Shown in pieces: positions 13,156 through 27,290 of a DNA stretch of 64,000 nt. Origin of the DNA: the human T2T-CHM13v2.0 reference genome, Homo sapiens. The DNA lies in the NCBI RefSeq assembly GCF_009914755.1, contig NC_060931.1; one strand, given 5' to 3'. A program made the translations under genes and the position numbers. The first letter of the stretch is position 1. Each line of letters opens with the position of its first letter. The notes under the pieces were generated by a model. That model searched no databases and was not told the origin of the DNA. It was given only the letters and a program-made list of their open reading frames with translations.

Positions 13156-14339
13156 GACTGAGGGTACTTAGCTGTGCTTATGTCTTAACAACAACAATAA
13201 TGACAACGGAATTTAGCATTCAAAATCTTAGGTATTAGGGAGTGGTTATTTGCATTACTATTATTTTACCAAATACTCTGTTTTACATTATGCTGCTTCT
13301 TACTTTATTTTGAATTTGACTGCATTTTAGGCCTTTTCCTTAAAAAGCAAGATAGCCATGAAGTGACTTTCAGTACTGTAGCAACCTTTTCCGAACCATA
13401 TATTTTATTTAATGCATAAGAGTAGTAATTCGTTTACTCAAAACCTGTTGTGCTGAGCCAACAGATATTCTACTGTGTTTCCTTTTCTTTCAAGGTTTAT
13501 TGAACATAGGGAAAAGCCCTCTGGGCCCAGGAGAAGGCAGATATGGCATTGTCAGAGGTAGAATCAACCTCTGATTCTGACCAAAGTGGTACAGTGGTGC
13601 AGATAATTAAAAACACCAGGTAATCTAAAAGTAATTTATATTTGGCTCAGAAAAGCACTGGCTTCCCTCCCCCCCATCTGATTACCTTCCTAACTGGGAT
13701 TATTTAATATAATGTTAGTTTTGTATTTTCTAAGCAAGTACTTGCTATATTTACATAACACCCAAGTATATAAATAAAATGTGAAATTCAGTTGTTACTC
13801 TGGATTCATTTGGAAGGCTATTCTTATTTAAAAGCCCTATTCTTTCTGGATCCAGAAATTAAGCATATGTTTTGGAGGCTGTCACTTGGGGAGAAGGAGA
13901 TGGGAAGAGAACAAAGATGATGGTCTTATGCCTTTGTCACCCAGAGCAATTTTGGCTTCCAGTTTTATATACAGTTAATTATTGTTATTTTCAGTAGTTA
14001 TGGTCTATAAAGTTGCTTCAAAAACTGAAATAGCAAATACTGAGCCATTGCTTCTAGGGAAAACACATGGTTAGGTTCCTGTAAGCCTCTGGTCACAAAT
14101 ATTTTCACCCAGCAATCAATAGCTAACTTTGTTTTATGTGTTTTGTTTAAAGACAACTTATTTAACATATGTTGCTGCTTCATTCACACTGAACTCTCAA
14201 CCAATAGCACTATTACTTCTACCTGAAGAAAACTCCAACACACACATATTCTCTGTAAGCCACATCACAGCTTTCTTGTACTTAGGAACATCATACAGCA
14301 CTTCAGTACTATGCTTGAGGGGCTATTTAAAACAATAAA

Positions 14340-14635
14340 ATCACCAACCAATTTACAAATTCATAAAAATGTAAAAATTGTGGCACTAAATAGACCACAA
14401 AAAGGACATTTGTTCGTAGTATGAGAACTGAAACAAGAAGGCACAGAGAGCATTGCCTTCTTTAACCTCAGCTGGGAGCTGTACATCAGGTGGCTCCAAT
14501 TTCTGGACATTCTGTGAATGTCTGTGAATGATAGCAAATCTGCTAGGAGTATTGATTTGGGGGTTACAAACAATTTATAGGAAAAGACAAATTTGCAAAG
14601 GTGGAATTCATGAATAAAAATGAGAATTGACCATA
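14340..14635. mobile_element. TcMar-Tigger MITE remnant (MER82-like)
   Basis: gtattgatttgggggttacaaa...gaattcatgaataa terminal similarity. Confidence 0.6.
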
Positions 14636-15986
14636 TTTGGGTTTGACGCAAGATATTGCTTGGAGGCTAAAGGCCTCAAAAGCTCACACAAATTTTAAAA
14701 ATCACCAGTCTATTCATTTTTAAAAGAAACACCTCATGAAAATAATTAGAAATATCTAGGTGATCAAGCTGACTATTAGAATTTTTCACAAAAATAGTTT
14801 AGCACTTAGATCGGTGTTTCATAACTAAGGTGGTTTATCAGTGTCACCTGATAATTTTTTAAGAAATATACAGAACCACACCTCATCTCTCTTTTTGTTT
14901 TCAAACTATTTTTCAGAATTTCTAATTTAGGCCCCTGATTAAGAATCCTGTGCCCAAGATATTCAAGGTAATTCAGTTGCATTCAACAAACATTTATGGA
15001 ACACCTGCTATGAGCCAGGAACTAAGCTAGCTCTGGGAGTATCAACATGAATAAGATATTGTCATATAGCCCCTGACTTAATTATAACCTTTCTGTCAAG
15101 GGTGGAGTAAACCAGGCATTAAACAAAATGATGGGGCCTCTTGATTAGGGTTAGTCCTTACCTTCATTCTGAGATGGTTTCTTAATTAGCAGCATGGGGT
15201 ATTAAGGAAGTCACTCAGATCAGATCAAATAAGCTAAGCAACTTTCCACTAGCTTTCTAAAGATAAGTCACACCAGTGTAATTTTGTTTAAGTAGTATGA
15301 TCTTCCAAATTGCAAGACAAAAATCTGCACTCAAATAATATAAATGCATCACTTCCAAGTAAAACAAGAAATACTTGAAGCCAAAAATAGATAAAATTTG
15401 TGAGTTATACTCTATTTTATTTTCTTCATTAATATAAAAAGAGATAATTGCCACTGTGAATGATATGTAAGTGAAAGCCATATTATCCACTTTGGCTTCA
15501 ATGAGTCATATCACTATTCAGTGCCCTTACTACCAGTTCATGTTTTAATAAAACATACAGTTTGTTGAGCAGTATGTAACTTTCAAGCGGAAGGGATCCT
15601 TCAGTTTTTTAATTGGGTACACTATTTAATCTATCTTTTCCACAAAATGCCCCAAAGGGCATTTATAATAATTTGATTAAAAATGGAATCAGAATTATAG
15701 AACACAGGTTTTCCTTAGTCTAATACATCAAGTCAACCTCAAAACTTCATAGAAGATAGATGTTCAGTAGTGAATTTATTTCCTATTATATTTTTCAAGG
15801 ACACTTAAGAAAATTCCTCTAATCTACATAACATAGGAAATCTTGTGTGGCAATATGTTCAAGAACCATCGATAGCAAAGAGTGCCTCCAAATGTAAACT
15901 GCTTTGGAATTTTTGTTTTTGAGAAACAAGACCAACCTTATAATAGGTAATCAATGTTTTGAGGTGTTTTTCTGTTGTGGTGGGGG

Positions 15987-16042
15987 TAGAGGAAGACCTT
16001 AAGTATGAGAAATAGAGGAAGACCTTAAGTATGAGAAATAGA
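15987..16042 (+). repeat. Perfect 26-bp tandem duplication
   Basis: TAGAGGAAGACCTTAAGTATGAGAAA twice, plus TAGA. Confidence 0.95.
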
Positions 16043-19000
16043 AAGGAGACCAGAGCTGATCTGTGGAAACAACGAAAAGCAATGATCATGGCCTATGTCC
16101 TACTTTTAAGCAATTGAAAATCCACCATGAACTATTCTTGGCATCATTTGCACTACAGGCCTATTACCATGTATAACAGGGAGCTAAGGAATACTATCTT
16201 GCCATTCAGAATGCCTTCCATCATCTTCAGAATGCCTGACATGCCATACGGTTTCATTTCTTTAGCTTAAAGCTGTTTTCCTTACTAAAATGCCAATACC
16301 TCAGGAAGGGACTACACACACATTTTGTCCTATCACTCTTTGAAACCATAGAGTAGGAAAATTGAGGGGCTGGGGGATCACAGAGAATGCAGATTTGGAA
16401 TGTGGTTTATCAAATATTTATTGAGCTTGTACTGTATTGCAGGCAGTAGGCTAGAAGATCCAAAGTTGTCAAACAGAGTCCCTACTCCTAAGAAACTCAC
16501 CATCTTCACAGGTTCACAAAGAGAAGACCCAGGGAAGTGTTGCCAAAAGTAAGCGCTCTGAAAACTTTGGCAAGGCCAAGCCTGTGCATATTTCATTTTC
16601 AGGGTATACTTAATTCTCATGATACATTTCGTGTGCACAAAAACTCTTAGCTTTCACACACACACACAAAAAACTACTGCAATTTCTCCCTCTCATTGGT
16701 AAAACTGGGGTATTAGATTCAGCTTCTGTGTTGATTTCATATGGTTAGGTACAATAACACATTAAGGAAAATTTTGTGAGATGTTTTAGTTTTGTTTTGC
16801 TGTAAAACAAATTTGGCAAAGGAGAATTAAAAATAACAGCCATATGTTTCCTATATTCTGCCAGGATTTGATTAAAATGCATACTTTAGATAAGCTCTTT
16901 TGGTTTTTCAAAACAGTGGCTAAGTTTGATGCAGTAACTGTGCTTGCATTTTTGTGTCCAATCCTGGGCTAGGGCTGCAAAAATAAAGTTCAATGCTTGC
17001 AATCAAAGAAGTTACCTTCCGGTGGGGAGACAGATACATAAACAAATAAGTGCCACTATGTACAATGATTTCTAAAAAAAGTAATTTTTGTAGCCTATTT
17101 TAAGACAGTTAAAAATTCTCTTCTCAGTTAAGTCAGAGGAGAAAAAATGGATCAGACTAGTGGGGCTTATGTTATTAATATTAAATAATCTACCCAGTTT
17201 GTGTGAAAATTTACAAGGAACAGATTAGCAGATTCTGCCAAAGTCAAACACATTCTACTTTATTCCAACTTTTCTATTTTTGGCGGGCTGCAATACAGGC
17301 TACTTTACAGTAAAAGAGGTGGCTGACTGTTGATTTACTTTTCAAATTCGCATGGACAAAACTGAGGCAAAATGAAGAGCCTGAAGAGTATCTTCTCTTT
17401 TTCTTTAGTTACTAGAGGGCCAAATAAATATGTTTGGAAACTTACAGCAAACAACTAAAACCACATTCCCCACTATACAAACATATTAATAAATAAAATA
17501 TTTAAAAATTATTTCGAAATGGTCTAAATAGTACCAACTCCACAATACTTTGCCCTGAATCAAAGCTGCCAATTTTATTTCTGCCAAGTTTTGTTTCAAA
17601 ACAGAAATAAACTTTTCTATATGTTCAGCATGATCTCTAATGATTAAAGATAGTTATTTACATTTCCCTGAAGCTTCTAAAAATGTTTTCTTATCAGTTT
17701 GCTTTAGCACAGAGGGAAGAGTGTGAAGTGATGTTTACTTGAACAGGTGAAGAAGAATCAATAAGTCAATTTCTAAATATTTTACCTGAAGGAAAAGACA
17801 TTTTAAGAGAGACTGAATGATAAAGATTTGTGGTCTATGTTGGTTAAATTGGCCAGGTTAATTTTTTTATTAAGTTTTATTTAATGTATATCTAGACTAC
17901 ATATTGAGTGAATGTGTAATTGCTGTTAAATATGTTTCTACCTGATTCATCACCTTTATGTCTCTGCTGCCTCTTCCATCTCCACCCTCAGGACTTAAAC
18001 CCAATAATATTTATATAGAAAGTGAGCAGTAGTTGCTTATTAAATCAAAATGAATAAGGCTTTGGGTAGTGTTTATAACGTTGTTCGATTGAAAACATTT
18101 TAACTCCTAATTCAATATTATTTTATCAAGTATCCAAACAAGAGCTGCTTATCTATGATCTGACAAATAAATTCCAGGGAACTTTTTACCTAACAGCACT
18201 ACAATTCTTACAAATGTCTACAAAGATCAGTACATATCTGCAGCGGTCAGGCTGCTGACATCAATAGAAAACTTACAATGCTGGATGAATTCCTGTGGGG
18301 GCATCTTAAATTTTTGTCAAGTTTTTCTAGGTTTCCAGTGTGAGTTCTTTAGAGGATGGCAGTCCCTAAGGTCTGCTATACCCTGTCATTTATCCCCTGC
18401 AGTCTTGGTCAAACAGGTGTTTCCCTTTGCGCTATGGTCTTCAGACTGGGCATGCGTATGTGCCTTTGGGTATAGGCAAAGGCTGCCCAAGGGGCATGTG
18501 AATATTCCATGGCCATTTGCACCATTTTGTAGCATTCTTTAAGCTATCCTTTTCCATCTATCCTTTCACTTTACAACATAAAAGAACACTTTTCATCTGG
18601 AACAAAGTTTACTGTGGTTCATTACTCAAGTGTTAAACAACTTCCAAATGTCAAACAAGGGACAATGGAAAAACCTCCTTTAAAGATTAGTAAAGGTGCC
18701 CTAATCCTACCTTGAGATGTTCTGTTTTCTCTGTCAGACCTCTTAAAGTAAATACATTTGATATGAGGTATTCTAGCTTGTTGGAATGCTCTATGAAGGG
18801 TATGGCTGTTAGATCATCTTTTCATTCATACACTAAATAATACATATTAAACAAGTATGATGTGCTCATGGACTCCACATTCACATGGTTATGTGGTCAG
18901 TGAAAGACTACACACAAGTATATACACAGAATCTGAGGCCCCTCTTCTCTGACTCTTTTCTTTTTGAGATTTATTTCCTTCACTTTTGGGGAGCTGTAGC

Positions 19001-20139
19001 TGCCCTAAATTCTGTCTTATATTATTCAAGTCAGTAAAATTGAGAGTTTTCTATCAGAGTTTTACTTGTCCTGGAAAGGGATAAAACCAAGGGAACTCTA
19101 CTCACAACTATCTCCATTTTAAAGTCTCATCTTCTTTCTAGCATCTCCCTGTCTTGGTCTCTCTCCAGGGTCTTCAGATAATTTCTTTTTATATTTTGTT
19201 CAGGGTTTGTAGTTGTTATCTGTGAGAGGTTTTTGCCAGACAGGAGCTACTCAGCCATCACCATTTTATTTTTAATCAATTTCAGATAATGAACCACTGT
19301 AATATATACCCTGTAACATCACATGAAAATTATGGTAGTAGGATAATCATATGGGAAAATTTAAATAAAACAATTTTCTTCAAAAAGTGGTCTTATATGA
19401 TTCAGATATTACAGGATATGTAGCTCAATAACAGTCCATCTACATTTCAGGAGTAATCTTTTTCCCCCAATTTATCTATTTAGTTGTAATACTTTTTTTT
19501 TTTTGAGACACTTCCTGCCTTCATGATTTGTAGTTTATGTTAATGCCTTTCTGGTCTTGAGATAATCCTCAAATAAAATATTTAAAAATATAGTTGCCTG
19601 TAAACATCGTAGTTAAATTTTGATAGTATACTTGCTTTCACCTCGTAACAATAGTTCACATTTTTAAATTATTTACACTGCATGCAAATCATCCAGAACT
19701 TTTCAAAACCCTTGAACCTATTACATGTAAAATCCATAAGCACTTTTTCTCATAAAGAAGAGATGCAAGGCTTATTTATCAGCCAAATTCAATTACATGT
19801 GACACTAAGAAGGATGCTCGCCACTGAAGTCCTATTTATGTATGCAATTGAATACTTTTTCTGCAATGGCCATCTTTACATGGGGTTCATTTAAAAGCAT
19901 GTCCTTTTCTGCTCCCCTTATCATTTCAATTAAAAGAAAATAAGTTTTGTCTGAATCAAATATACTCAGAGTCCCTTCTTTCCACCCCTCCATCCCAAAC
20001 TGTATTTCCTCAGAAAAAGAGCAATTACAGAGAAAACAAACAAACACACAAACAAAAAAATGATGGAAAGGGTCCCACTTCATGGGGTCATCACACAAGT
20101 TTCGTTTTTCACCAGTCAGCCTTTGTCCATGAGAAATAA

Positions 20140-20675
20140 TTTGAGACTCTGATTCAGAAGGTGTGGTGTGGGGCTTGAGATTCTGCATTTCTTATTTATT
20201 TATTTAAGCATAATAATCTTTTAATTTTATTTTTTAGTTTTTTAAATTTCTCCTTTTATTACAGATACAGAAGATACATATACACCATGGAATACCATGC
20301 AGACATAAGAAAGAATGAGATCATATCCTTTGCAGCAACATAAATGCATCTGGAGGCCATTATCTTAAATTTATGAATGCAAGAACAGGAAAACATGTAT
20401 CACATGTTCTCTGTTACAAGTGAGAGTTAAACATTGATCACACAAGGACATAAACATGGAAACAACAGGGACTGGGGACTACTAGAGGCAAGAGGGAGAG
20501 AGGAAGGTATGTGTTGAAAAACCAGTTATTGGGTACTATGCTCACTACCTGAGTGACAGGACCTGTACCCCAAACCTCAACTCCACGCAAGATGCCCATG
20601 TAAAAGCCTACATGAGATTCTGCATCTCTAACCGAAGCCCAGGTGATGCTGATGCAGACCACATCTTGGAAGAAT
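20140..20675 (+). mobile_element. MER5A DNA transposon interrupted by an L1
   Basis: ctgattcagaaggtgtgg...gagattctgcatttct resumes after the L1 as aac...cccaggtgatgctgatgc...gaccaca. Confidence 0.8.
20193..20612 (-). mobile_element. 5'-inverted (twin-primed) L1 3' fragment, old L1PA/L1PB type
   Basis: Tail plus ~40 nt on minus strand, ~335 nt on plus strand, 17-bp TSD with one mismatch. Confidence 0.85.
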
Positions 20676-21659
20676 TTAGGGTTCAGAGAGAGTCTCCTCA
20701 GTACTTGTTGCAGTGAATTTACTGCAACTCCTGTTGTTGTAAACTCCTGTTGCAGTAAACTCACAACCCAATGAGAAACATCCTGACTTTGATTCACATA
20801 TATTTTAAAACCTCATAAGGAGGAATTACAGGCCTTTTTGTCAAAATACCAGTTCAGTTGATAAACTAAGGGACAAAAAGACCCTCGGCTCACCTGGAAA
20901 ACTGTCAACCTGTACAGTCTTTAAAGCCAGCTGAATGAAGTAGAAACTTCATCAGAAAGTCTAGCAGTAAGCAGCTTTGTAGGAAAATACTGCAATCTTT
21001 CTCCAGAGGAATTTAAGGATGCAACATTTTCAATTAAAAGTGAGTCTGTTATGCAATCTTGAGATGATTCCTGATAAAGCCTCAGAGAAAATGAGTTTGA
21101 GTTTATGGAACTGTGTGGTTGTGATTTGGTGTGTTTAGGAAAAGAATTAAAAACAAACACTGGAGAAAAAAGTCTCATCTGAGATAAATACAGCAGGAGA
21201 TGATCCTGAAATTGGCAAAGGAAGCACTTTGGAAGTATTAAGAAGACAATACCAGGGCAAACAGAAGTGTAGGCTCTACACAATTCTGATTAAAAAACAA
21301 AACAACAACAACAACAACAAAGAAATGTGATAGGGGAATAAAAGTTAACCACTTAGTACTCTTAGGGTTTTTTCTCTATATGGTATAGTGAGAGTCTTAT
21401 ATCACTCTTCATTAGGGATGCTCAAGCCACCACTTATTTAGCTGTATATTTTCAGACCACAGCCCTTCAGGTTATTTGTTATTTACAAGCCTCTACATAT
21501 GTGTATTCTACTTTTATGCTTAGTCCCTTTTAGATTTAAGCAGTGTTTTACAAGTGCCCTGAGTTTCACACCTCCTGTGCTGTATCACACAGAAATGAAC
21601 AAGGTGCCACAGTTAGTAATTGACAGGTGATAAAGCCCTAATGATAAAGCTAACAACGA

Positions 21660-21880
21660 TAATACAAATAATGACAGCTGATTTTTGAGAGTTGTGTGTC
21701 AGATGACGTTTTGTGGACTTTAGGCATATTAGCTTATTTTTCACAGACAGCTTTATGAGAAAGGTACTATTATGATCTCCATTTTATACATTAGGAAAGC
21801 AAGGCACAGTTAGGTTAAGTAACTTACTCAATATTAAAGATTCATCTGTTAAGTAGAAGAGTGAGGACTTAGATCCTGAA
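21660..21880 (-). mobile_element. MIR SINE
   Basis: ctattatgatctccattttataca...aaggcacag...ggttaagtaactt motif. Confidence 0.8.
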
Positions 21881-23378
21881 GTTCAGCAAGAACAATGATG
21901 TAATCTGGAGTAATCCAGCTAAGCACAACAAATATCAAATCGAGTGTCACTTCACAACGTTCCAGCAATGATCCAACATACCCTAACGGAGTGTGCAAAC
22001 CTCTACCATCTCAATTGGAAGCTCTTTGACAATAAAAACAAATATATAACAAATTCTGCACTAAGTTCATGACAGCCTTCTCAAAGCAGGGGAAGCTAAC
22101 TGCAAATTTTGAGATGAAGACTTTCTGTGTAAAACATGTCACAAGATACCATTTGTAAGTCACTGATTTCATGTGTAGAGGTACCACCAAGATCGGCCAA
22201 ATGAAAGAAACTGGAGATTGGGTATATGTTTATATCCACTTTAGGAAGAGATTCTCCTTCAAATCCGTATGAGAAAGCATCCAATTATAAATAATAACTT
22301 TAAAAAGGAATAAAGAAATCCTCTATACTTTTCTGCACCATGTGACCTTGGTTAAAAGACCATTTATTGGTTTTGACATATAAGTAAACTGAAGTAGCAT
22401 AGATGACCAGGGTAGGATACTTCATTCCATTACCACATCTTGGCATTACTGTCTCTGCATTGTCCTTCAAATGCATCATACACTTTCGTTCCCAATCTAG
22501 TTTTTTCCATAAGCTACTGAAATAGATCATTTCAATCTGGTTTTATTTACCATTGACCTCTCATCTCAAAAACTCTGCTATCTCGGTTACCTCTGTCACA
22601 TTTACATACTGTCCCTTGCACCAGCCTCCCTTGGGCTGGGCAGGAGTCCAGTTTCCACCCTGGGTTTTGTCTTCTCTAGTGTCTTGGCTCTGAGCATCCA
22701 TTCTAAGCTAATCTTCCTGTGACTACCTAAGAAGAAGCTCCGACACAGCCTGGTGGCTCAATCGTTCTGAAAAAATAAAGGTTAGAAGACATTCATGTTG
22801 CTTTCCAGAACTTGGAACTCATTTGACTTTACTTATATAAGAGGCTATAGAAAATAGGACTCGATTGTTTCAGTTTCTGAGGTGCAAAGTGCTCAGGTTT
22901 CCAGTAAAAACTAATCTCTCTGCATTGTGCCTTTCAGAACCAGATAAAAAAAATTAGAGAGAAATTTATTTCTAAAAAATGACAAGTATCCTGCTAGCTT
23001 CCTTTAGATGCAGCAAGAACAATGCTTTTAATTCTGCCTCCTGACTTTCTACATGAAGCTCATCGAATGAGCAGATAGAACAAAAAAAAAAAAATAACAT
23101 TTCAGATATTATGGAAATGAAATGCTCAAATGACACAAATAACAATGGGCAATTTTCACATCACTCAATAAACTGAGGATGTATTCAGCCCCTCTTTATG
23201 CCATGAGTTATTTTGAGTTTAACTTTTTTTAAAAAAAGAACATGGAAGGAATAAGATTCTCACCCTTGGCCATTCAGGAGATAATATAACTTTCCAAAAA
23301 CTACCCAGGGAAGAAACTACTTTAATGGGAAAAGGACCACAAATCCACAGGGATTCTCCACTGACAGTGAGGACAGGG

Positions 23379-23383
<5 letters not shown>

Positions 23384-23420
<37 letters not shown>
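23384..23420 (+). repeat. (TG)18 microsatellite, (CA)18 in the pre-mRNA
   Basis: Seen directly. Confidence 0.97.
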
Positions 23421-23424
<4 letters not shown>

Positions 23425-26334
23425 CTTACCCTCAACAAAATAATAACCAAAGAAAAACCTTATAGAAATAGTGTGACAACATTTGGGATAAGGCAAACTT
23501 CCTCTTCAAAAAATAACTTTTTAATATATCCCCATGGGCATTGGTGAGGAAAATCATTGCTGATTCAGTGACCCTGAATTGGTCCAAAATGAAAACAAAC
23601 AAACAACAACAACAAACACACAAAACCCACCCCTCTGTCTGTCTTTAGTTTGCTTAAGAACAAACTGTCTTTAAAAATTATGTATTGTGGGTTTTTTTTG
23701 AAGAAAACATATGCCCGAATTACTGACAGATGACATGCTGATAGATACGCTTTTCTTTATTTATAACTGTGGTTGTCGTTCTCATATTAGTTGCAATTTC
23801 AATAAATATTTGTAGATTGACAATGTTCAATAACTTCTCTTTCCCCAAATTTTTTTTTGGCTGCTTTTCTTTGTCTCTTCTTCTTCTTCTTCTTCTTTTT
23901 TCCCCTTGTCTCTACTTTTCTTGGCTAGGGAGGACCTTAATCTAATGTATTCTGGAGTGTCAGTTTTTCAAGAAAAATTCAGTATTTAAAATAATTTATT
24001 TCAAGTAATTTTAAATATATGATTCTTCATGTGACTTAGTAATGTTGATGACATGATTCTCAGCCTTTGGATACTATTTTGCCTGTATCCTTAGAAGTGA
24101 AGAATTCTATCCTAGAAAAGATGGGTCTTGAAAATAGCAATAAAATCTTTCCTAGTTCTTGTTTATCCCCTTCATAATGAAATGTATTACAATGGGGAAA
24201 ACTGCTTTCATGATAACTGAATTTACAGTTTCAACTGTAATCTACTTTAATAATCTTTTGGATGAGAAAAGATACTCAAGAAATTGGACTTCTATGACAG
24301 AATATGGATTTTCAAGGTGAAATACAATACAAATTTCACCATGTGTGTTCCTGTTGGTGGTGGCACATAAGCAGTTTCAAGGATGAATAATGTATAAAAC
24401 ATGTCTTCTTGAGAATTATTTCCTTCCCTTTCTTAAACTGATTTTCCCATGCCTAGAGAGAGCAACCCTATGTTGCTTGTATATGGAGGATTAGATAAGA
24501 GATCTAACAAAACTCTCATTGGAAAACGACTGTGTTAAAATAGAGAAAGTGCTTAAAAACAAATAGCCTAGTTTATTTCCTCTGGGTGAAGTGTATGCTT
24601 CACAATCTACAGACATGAATTAAGTTTTGTCATTGTAGTTATTTTGTTTTAGTCTATGCTGTTTATATGTATTTGAGGAGGGACATGTGTTTCCAAATTT
24701 TCTCTTATGGAAGAAACAGACATTTGAAAATATGCAAGAGGCACAGTGTGTTCTCACATATGATATTGCCCCATTGATCATTGTAAGTGGCTTGTTATTG
24801 GTGGCTTGTTTTCATTTTGTCTAACTTCAGAGGGAAATGGGCCCTTTTAGGCATATAGAGAAAAATATCCAAATTTTTTGCCTCTTTGTTTTCTGTAGAA
24901 AAAAAAAAACAGTTTGAAAGAGGTAAAAATGTGACCAAACCCCATATGTGTGGTTGCAAGACTCACAAAGCTATTTCCATGTGAGACTTGGCTCATTGTG
25001 AGGGATCATGAAGGGGATGTCACAGATATGTTTCCAAAATAGTATAAATTCATTTCAGCCTGAGGGCTAAAAGTTACATTTTTGGTGGTCAATAAGTACT
25101 TGATTGATGGGATAAAATTCTATCTTTAAAATGTTTTATTGTTTTTCCTTAGGAAGTTTGCTCTCATATAGCTAAAACCAGCAAGTCTGTTAGGTTAAAA
25201 ATACATTGGAAGAACCAGGTGCTAGTCATGTCATAAAGATAAGCTTCTTTCCTTTCTTTCAAACATACTTTAAGAATGCCTAGTGTGTTTGGGTGAATCA
25301 ATCTCACTCCTCTATACACAGAAGAAAGTTTCCTGTTAATTTCTCTGGCTCCCTAAATCTCACACTCATATTCTCCTAGGAAATCAGGTGCCTAGTGGCA
25401 GAGCCAGGTCCCTAGACACCTGCTTATGGGGTTTATTAAAGGTTACTAGGTGATACAGGAGCTGCAGGGCATATGTGTTTTGACTTAGTGGTGGCTGGGG
25501 GACAGCCTATGTGCTGTGTCTGGCAGAGTCCCTGGGCATGTCTACCCCTAAAAAGCCTACGAAAGTGGAAACATCTAGCAATGACAATAATGAGACTGCC
25601 AAGAGCAATTAATAGAGTAACAGATTTGTTGGAAAAGTCAAGTACAGAGACCTAGGGAGTTAGTCATAAGGTGAGAGTTGACAGCAACCTTGTGAGCAAT
25701 CACTTGTAATATTAGGCCCTTGGGAGTTTTGAAAAGCTTTATGCTTCTTTGGGCTCCAGGACAACCGCTGGGAAGTGAGCAGAGCAGTTTTTGTTATTCT
25801 CATTAGATGCATAAAGCTACATGGTTTCTATAATTTAGTAGCAAACTCAGAAAAAAACCTGAATTTTGACTATTTCAGGAAGATAGGTTGAACAAGATCT
25901 CACAGTGGATAAGAAGTCCCTTTTACATTTACAGATGGGAGACAGGGAGATATGGGTGTGAGACTCCCAAAAAAAGAAGAGAAAGAGTCTATTCAAGAAT
26001 TATGATACTTCGTAATGTGACTGAGCATGCTCCCAGATCAATGTAGTTGATTATTCAAAAACGGAAGCCTCATTTCTTGGCCTGCTCCGTACAGAGAGTA
26101 ACTTTCCTACGGTTTCTACTCTTAATGGGAAATGGAGAGCCAAAATGTGACTGTTTTCTGCAGAGAGATTCTTAGTTAATTGCTTCTACCTCTGTTTTCA
26201 CCTCAGTGGGGTTCAGCTTCCCTAATTAACTGTAGTGGGCATGTCTGGTTATAGGCGGCGATCACTTCGGAATGGCTGAGCCCATTTCTTTAAGAACACA
26301 TCTTTCTAGGACAATAAATAAAGACAATCAACAG

Positions 26335-26520
26335 CACCAAGTGGTAAAGAAGAGAGGTTGGCTGCTGTGTGAGATAGGTCTGGATTTGAATCCCATCTCT
26401 AAGTACTCATGCTACGGAGGACACTTACTCTCACCGAGCCTCGGTTTCCCCAGCTTTAAAAATGGGGATAATTCCATCCATTGCTCGGATATTGCAAAGA
26501 TTAAATTAGAGATAAATTTT
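26335..26520 (+). mobile_element. MIR SINE
   Basis: ggatttgaatccc...gagcctcggtttccccagctttaaaaatggggataat. Confidence 0.8.
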
Positions 26521-26899
26521 CTTTAAATCAATTGACATTAAAAAGGAAAATTCATCAAGATAAACACACTTGGTCCCATTATTCTGCAGGTAAGACTGGA
26601 CTTTGTCTCTGATAACAGATGCCATGGTTTTAAAAGATAGATTATAATGTCTCTCTGCATATATTCATACCACAAAAATTATTAACACTCTGGAGCCATT
26701 AGAAGCCAAATTAAGCTGCTTTCCCACGCCACGCCACTGTCACACAGGATGCATGCTCTGGGCAGATTTCACGCATTTTAGTTATTGGGTTGGCAGAATT
26801 GTCAAAAGCCAGTTTTGAAAGATGAGGCTATCTACAGATGTTTGCATAACACAGTTAAGCAGAGAAACAAAAATGAAAATATCCCTTGGCCCTTCACTG

Positions 26900-27290
26900 T
26901 GAGCTAGATAGCTTCTATTTGTGCTTCCAGATGCACTTTCCATCCTGCTCCCACTGCCCTGGGCCCACAGAAATAAATCTGTACATCTCCAGCAGGGCTG
27001 CCTTGCCCTCTGGTTTCTGGTTGAGCTCAGCTATGGGGACCATCAGTAGAGACTGGAATATGAGAGTGAGTGAACAAGGGATATTTATTTCTCCACTTCC
27101 TTTTGTGGGGTTGCCATAGGCTGGCCGTGTCCTAAGACAGAAGTCTTCAGTTTCCGCAGGGCCTCCTTTACCACACCACCTCTCTGTCTTCGGGTTCATA
27201 TACCTTTCCCTCCACTTGTCCATTCAGGCCTGGGGTGATAATAGTCCCTACTGTTACTAGATTCCAGCGTATTGTCTCCACATTTGCATT
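26900..27290. mobile_element. ERVL LTR33-like solo LTR
   Basis: ccttgccctctggtttctggttgagctcagctatgggg motif. Confidence 0.65.

Noticed and set aside
18277-18326. Another 50-nt AG...GTAAGT interval as the source of the 50-bp insert isoform
   Set aside because: Wrong intron, poor pyrimidine tract, and its stop does not give 274 aa
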